Of a stretch of DNA of 64,000 nt, positions 57,599 through 64,000 are shown in pieces. Below the pieces are notes generated by a model. That model was not told the origin of the DNA and did not search any database. It was given only the letters and a program-made list of their open reading frames with translations. Position numbers and translations under genes: made by a program. Source of the DNA: Octopus vulgaris (Eukaryota); NCBI GenBank assembly GCA_951406725.2, contig OX597821.1, positions 4,650,001-4,714,000 of the forward strand. The letters are read 5' to 3'. The number at the start of each line of letters is the position of its first letter. Position 1 is the first letter of the stretch.

Positions 57599-58233
57599 CT
57601 AAGATCTTTTTCACTCTCCTACAGAAACACTTCCCCACCCAACATAAGTACTACACTATCCTAAATAAGAACACTATTAGACTCTCCTACTCTACCACGC
57701 CCAACCTAGCCAGGAACCTAGCCAACAACAATGTGAAAAAACTTAACATATCTACTTTCTCCGGGGCCCATCCAACGTCCGATAGCAATTGCAACTGCCA
57801 TGATAAAACCACCTGCCCCCTCAACAACAACTGCCTACAGAGGGACCTAGTATATAAATGCGAGGTAAGATCAGGCCTTGACGATAAAAGTAAATCCTAC
57901 ATTGGAATGACGTCAAACAGCTTTAAGACCCGCTGGTATGCACATACACACTCGTTCCGGCGACAGGATAAATCCAACCAAACTACCCTCGCCGCCCACA
58001 TCTGGTACCTTAAAAGGAACTCAATCCCCTTCAAGACCAAGTGGAAACTACTACAGAAGGCGCGCTCGTACACAGGAGGACATACCTGCTGTGACCTATG
58101 CATATCAGAGAGCCTAGAGATCTTGTTCGCCAAAGGCCCTCTCCTTAACAAATTTTCAGAACACTCCCCAAATTGCATGCATAAGAAGTATGCGAACTAC
58201 AAGAACTATAGACCTACCCGGCAACCTGATTGA
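57571..58233 (+). CDS. PLE linker/thumb + Cys-rich linker + GIY-YIG endonuclease (C-terminal part of the same ORF)
   Basis: Frame is open from 57571: FNREVATPVAKIFFTLLQKHFP...IRLSYSTTPNL, then CNCHDKTTCPLNNNC, LVYKC...SYIGMT, FKTRWYAH, LAAHIW, CCDLCISE, LLNK, CMH; stop TGA TGA. Confidence 0.9.
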   Translation, partial: FNREVATPVAKIFFTLLQKHFPTQHKYYTILNKNTIRLSYSTTPNLARNLANNNVKKLNISTFSGAHPTSDSNCNCHDKTTCPLNNNCLQRDLVYKCEVRSGLDDKSKSYIGMTSNSFKTRWYAHTHSFRRQDKSNQTTLAAHIWYLKRNSIPFKTKWKLLQKARSYTGGHTCCDLCISESLEILFAKGPLLNKFSEHSPNCMHKKYANYKNYRPTRQPD

Positions 58234-58465
58234 TGACAACCCCCCTACAACCCCCCCCTACAACCCCCCCAACCCCACTGTTCCCCTAGCACCCCCGATT
58301 ACCTTTTCTCCTAAGACCTTTCACATATTATATGTGCACGCTTGTATATGTGTATCGTATGTATGTATATATGTATAGAAATGCATGGGTACAGTAGGAA
58401 TATACGCATGTATTATGTGTGTGTGTGTGTATGTATGCATGTAAAAATATATATGTATATATATT

Positions 58466-58512
<47 letters not shown>

Positions 58513-58878
58513 GCTTGTATGTGTGTGTGTGTGTATATGTGTATATGTGTTTGTATGTATATGTGTATATATGTATATGCATATGTATGTGTAAATGTAT
58601 GTGCTTATGTATGTGTATGTATGTATAAAATATTATATAATTAGGGCTTAGGAAAATAAAATAAATTACTTTGCCACATACTAAACTTTCTAGAAATAGC
58701 AGCCAATAAAGTTTTTTAGCCTCTTCCACTACTTAGAGAATTTTTTTCCCTCTAACATTGTTTACTCAAAATAATAATGGTCCCTTTACATACTGAACAC
58801 TTGATGAAATTGATTAATAACTAATTAACTTTACCCTCCCTTGTTGATATATATATACATATGTATATGTGTACATGT

Positions 58879-58918
<40 letters not shown>

Positions 58919-59176
58919 ATGTGTGTATGTATGTATTTGTATATGTGTGTGTGTATATGTATGTGTGCGCGTGTGTGTGTATGTATGTGTATGTATACTT
59001 GTATATGTATATGCATGAATGTATATATATGTGTGTGTATATGTGTATTATGTATGTATTTATATAGATATGTAGTTTATATATATATATGTATGTATAT
59101 GCATCTGTCTGTGTGTGTGTATGTGTATATATGTGTATCATTTTTGCGTATGTATACATGTATATGTGTATATGTA

Positions 59177-59229
<53 letters not shown>

Positions 59230-59422
59230 GTATATATATATATATGCATACGTATGTGTATGTACATGTATATATGTATGTGTGTATATGTATATATGTT
59301 TATATATGTGAGTATGTAGTGATATAAGTATATGCATGTGTATGTATGGGTATGTGTATCAGTGTATATGTATATATGTATGTGTGTGTGTATGTATATG
59401 TATGTATATGTGTATATATGTA

Positions 59423-59457
<35 letters not shown>

Positions 59458-59521
59458 GTGTATATGTGTTATGTATGTATGTGTATGTGTATGTATGTGT
59501 ATATATATCTGTATGTATATA

Positions 59522-59563
<42 letters not shown>

Positions 59564-60055
59564 TGCGTGTGTGTATGTATGCATATATGTATGTATGCAT
59601 GTATATGTGTATGTATATATATGTGTGTAAGTGTGTGCATATATGTATATGTAAGTATGTGTGCGCGTATGAGTATGTATGTATGCTTGCACACGTGTAT
59701 ATATATGTGTGTGTGTGTATATATATGGATGCGCGTGCGTGTGTGCACGTGTATGGGTACGCATGTATATGTGTATGTGCGTGTATGCGTATACGTGTAT
59801 GTATGTATGTGTGTGCGTAGATTTGTATATGTATGTGTGAGTGTGTATATATATATATATATATATATAAATATATATAGATGGGTGTGTGTATGCGTAT
59901 AAATGCATGTAAGTATGGATGTATGGATGTATGTATGTATGTATACGTATGTATGTGTGTATGTGTGTATGTATATATATATGTGTGTATATATGTTTGT
60001 GTATGTATATATATGTGTATGTATGTGTGTGTATATGTATGTGTGTATGTGTATG

Positions 60056-60099
<44 letters not shown>

Positions 60100-60434
60100 T
60101 ATGTATCTGTATGTAGGAGTATATATGTGTGTGTGTGTATGTATATGCGGGTATATATATATATATGTATATTTATTGGTGTATATGTATAGACTAGCCT
60201 CCTAAAGTGTAGACACGAATCTGTAGGTACGAGTACGTATGTGTATATACGTGAACGTATGTAGATGTTTGTATGTATGAATATAACGCGTGCGTACGTG
60301 TATGTGTATGAGTGTACGAATGGGTGAATGTACGTGCTAATGAGTGTGCGTGCGGGAATGAGTACTTGCCTTCTAGTAGACAGACAAATGGACATGCAGC
60401 CATTGCCAGGATTCTTAGCTCTAGCGATCAAAGA

Positions 60435-60967
60435 TAACAAAAGTAATAAATGAAGATAATAAAATTAAAATTAGGGAATGGGCCTGTATTGGATTGTATA
60501 TATATATATGTATATGTATATTTGTATGTATGTATGTGTGTATGTGTAGGTATGTATAGGTACACATGTGTATGTGTATGTGTATGTATATATGTGTGTA
60601 TGTATGTATGTGCACACATGTATATATATGTATGCGTGTATATGTTTATATATATATATGTGTACATAGGTGTATGTGGGTGTATGTATATATAGGTGTA
60701 AATATGTGTATATAGGGAACTAGGTGTGTTGTGTGTGCATGAGTGTATGTGCGTATGAATATATATTTTTATGTGTATATATGTATGTGTGGTCGTGGGT
60801 ATATATATATATATATATACATGTGTGTATGCGTGCATGCATGGGAGTGAGTGTATGCATATATACGTGTGTGTATGTGTAGACAGGTATAGGCATGTGC
60901 ATGTGTATAAATTTGTATATGTGGGCGGGTGTATGTATGTGTGTATGTAGATATGTATGTATGTGTG

Positions 60968-61021
<54 letters not shown>

Positions 61022-61462
61022 GTGTGTGTATATATATGTGTATGTATGTATGTGTGTGTAGATACGTATACATGTGTGTATAGGTATAAGTGAGAATCTC
61101 CTTATTTACCTATAACTCTATCCCCCCTTTTTTTTATATATATATTTTTTTATATATATATTTTATATATATATTTTTTTATATATATTTTTTATATTTT
61201 TTTTTTTTTTTTATTTTATTTTTTTATTTTTTATTTTTTTATTTTTTTATTTATCTATTCTTTCATCTAACTTACCACTGACTCCTTGACCACTCCCCCA
61301 AGTATGATATTTTGCGCTATGCCTACCCCCAAAAAGTCCCCCACCACCACTCCTTTAAACCTGCCTAAATGTATAAATGCTAATACAATTCTTGTTAAAT
61401 AGCTTCCTGAAGATTTCTCTTGAATGAAACAGTACTAGTCCTGTAGAAGCTCCTTCTATATA

Positions 61463-61468
<6 letters not shown>
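60435..61468 (+). repeat. Sense 3'-end/pLTR arm of the PLE
   Basis: Matches the left arm in inverted orientation; the identical ORF-track peptides 56517..56762(-) and 60450..60695(+) confirm this. Confidence 0.93.
61401..61451 (+). ncRNA. Minimal type I hammerhead ribozyme
   Basis: AGCTTC-CTGAAGA-tTTCtcttGAAt-GAAA-CAG tactagtc CTG-TA-GAAGCT: stems I, II and III plus the conserved core; predicted cleavage after A61445. Confidence 0.88.
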
Positions 61469-61517
<49 letters not shown>

Positions 61518-61960
61518 ATATGTATATGTGTATACATACATACATATATGCATATGTATGCTTCAGTTTAAATATATGTGTACATATATATGTGTATTGA
61601 ATGTGTGCGAATGTATCTACGCATATATGTATAAATGTATACCTATACAATCATGTGTGTGTGTGTGTGTTAACTTCGTTCTTGTTTCAATGATACGACC
61701 AATTTGTTATAATGACTTTATATATAATAGTCCATTGTTCTCTTATTTTCCCGATGACAAATAATATCAAGTATTGCTATCGACTGGACGCAATGCTTAT
61801 GAATTTATACATATTTTAGCAATAACTTTTAATAATATCGTCGTACGTTCATAATTACTTCGTTAAACTCTCTGAATAAATTACTTATCTAGCAATTATC
61901 AAATTAGATGCTACGTATGAGGGAAGATAATTGAAAACAGACATATATCACAGACCACAA

Positions 61961-62039
<79 letters not shown>

Positions 62040-62130
62040 ATACACACGCATATATGTATGTATGCGTGTATATGTACATGTGTATGTGTATGGTTAAGCT
62101 TAAATATATATATAGAGAGACGTACGTTTG

Positions 62131-62181
<51 letters not shown>

Positions 62182-62971
62182 ACGGACATATCTACATATA
62201 TACGTACATGTCTATATATCTCTTGATGTCTATATATCTATCTATGCATATATACATATATACACAGGCGGAACACATTTAATCGGACATTTACTAATGC
62301 AATTATATAGTACAGACACCCTCAGAATGACAAAGATACATACATACACCCATACATATATTTACATATATATCACATAAATACACACACACACACAAAA
62401 TTACACACACTCCCATATCACTCGAATTCTTGACGACCAATCAGTATTTCCCTGTTCAGCTCTCTATGTATCTAACTTCATATACAATTAGAGCAAAACA
62501 GATATAGACAGATAGTCAGGGACGTAGATAATACGAGAGACTAAGAAATGGTCACAGATATCGACAAATCGAGAAATATAACTTGATCTAGATAAATAGA
62601 GAAAGACAGAGAGACAAAGAGCTACTTACATATATACGAACATCATAATACACACATAAACACATACATATTAACATATGCATATATAGGTAAATGTATG
62701 TATATATGTACCTACGTGGACATTTATACAGACACACGCACTCACACACACACATACATACATATACATATACATATCATGAATATCAATGACGTTGTTG
62801 TCAACGTTCTTGTGGTTGTAGCTGTTGATAATGGTGGTGCCTATCCTATGAAATATTGCATCTTATCGATAATTCTCCGCTCCTAAATGAGAGTATTAGC
62901 AATTCAATTATCTTACTAAAGTTTACAAGAGAATGATTCTGAAATTATTCTATTTCTACTCCTATTCTCTC

Positions 62972-63105
<134 letters not shown>

Positions 63106-63935
63106 AATATATATAATTGCAAACGTCTGCTCGCGTACGCGTACTCATACGTTCATCTTTATACACAAACAGATATCAACTATTCGTGTTCATAATCTCG
63201 TATTGTTACACGTCTAGGACGTTGAACTAGTGAGAATGATGTGATTACGACAACTTGTCCTGGAAGTTCTTGAATTAGAATCAACTTAAAATGATGTTTT
63301 TGTCACGGAATGCTGGGTGAGTTACAAAGAAATCGAACGCTTACGGAGGCAGTTTTTGCTGTAATAAACGCCCTTAGTAGGAAAATCGGTTCGCATGAAT
63401 AAGAGGAAAACCTTACAAACATAACATGACCTGATAGAATAAGCTATAAAACTACTTTAGACCAAACTATACCAATTTAAATAATCGTTTCTGAAGAACA
63501 GCAAGTTTGAAATGTTGTAGGCCAATATCTTTCCTCTCAGTATTTGAGTGACACTTTACTTTGTAGACCTTCGATAGTACAGAAGGCAAAATTGGCCCCA
63601 GCATAATTTGAATATAAAGTGTAAGACATTTGTCCAACGCACTAAAGATTTTGCCAGTTTGATATTTTTATTAAATTGGAATCTAAAGTCAAAAATGTGG
63701 TGGAATGGCAGATATAGGCAATCTTTTTCGCAATGCGATCCGCTTGAGACATGGCACATTGTCAAGTGCACCGAACTACTAAAACGTTCAAGGTTGTTTT
63801 TCATTAAGATGTAACACCTAAAATATCTTGTGGACCACATGATAGCCATGTCTGGCTTAAATACTGATATGAAAGATAGTGACAAATGCTGTTCGCAGTA
63901 TTTTGACTGAATTCTTCTTCTTCTTCTTCTTCTTC

Positions 63936-64000
<65 letters not shown>

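Larger units (their letters stand above)
55674..61468 (+). mobile_element. Penelope-like retroelement (probable Naiad clade), 5'-truncated, with an inverted copy of its 3' end at the 5' side; inserted in (TA)n
   Basis: RT + GIY-YIG coding region at 56789-58233. Segment 55743-56776 is a near-identical reverse complement of 60435-61468. A hammerhead lies in each arm, and (TA)n flanks both sides. Confidence 0.92.

Noticed and set aside
58231-58850. Selenocysteine recoding or SECIS in the Naiad-like element (ORF ends TGA TGA; ATGA..AA at ~58804)
   Set aside because: No in-frame TGA at Cys positions in the retained ORF, read-through gives only a short Pro-rich tail, and I found no matching GA strand for a SECIS core. 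SECISearch on full-length copies would settle it.
58328-61083. Many YI/HT/CV-rich ORFs (also at 21 kb, 44-45 kb and elsewhere)
   Set aside because: Dinucleotide microsatellite artefacts.
55674-61468. DNA transposon with 1-kb TIRs
   Set aside because: It encodes RT/GIY-YIG rather than a transposase; the arms are unequal and are copies of the element's 3' end.

Overview
This is eukaryotic, AT-rich, microsatellite-saturated non-coding DNA. The SINE repertoire resembles an octopus/cephalopod genome (my inference). I recognise no host protein-coding exon, and almost all ORFs in the track are translations of simple repeats. The main feature is a young Penelope-like retroelement (PLE, probably Naiad-type) at 55674-61468. 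It has a 5'-truncated RT + GIY-YIG ORF with one homopolymer frameshift, a ~3.2 kb microsatellite-laden 3' region, and ~1 kb inverted terminal arms that each carry a minimal type I hammerhead ribozyme. A perfect 11-bp snap-back hairpin marks the inversion junction. Two further termini of the same family lie at ~14.0 and ~44.3 kb. At least four other hammerhead-bearing repeat families occur, often as head-to-head fold-backs in microsatellites; one has a shared non-canonical CUGUNGA core. Also present: two R4/Dong-like RLE LINE fragments in (TAA)n, a decayed HERO-like LINE, internally deleted mariner and Tc1 elements, a Tigger/pogo-like MITE, and many tRNA-derived SINEs.
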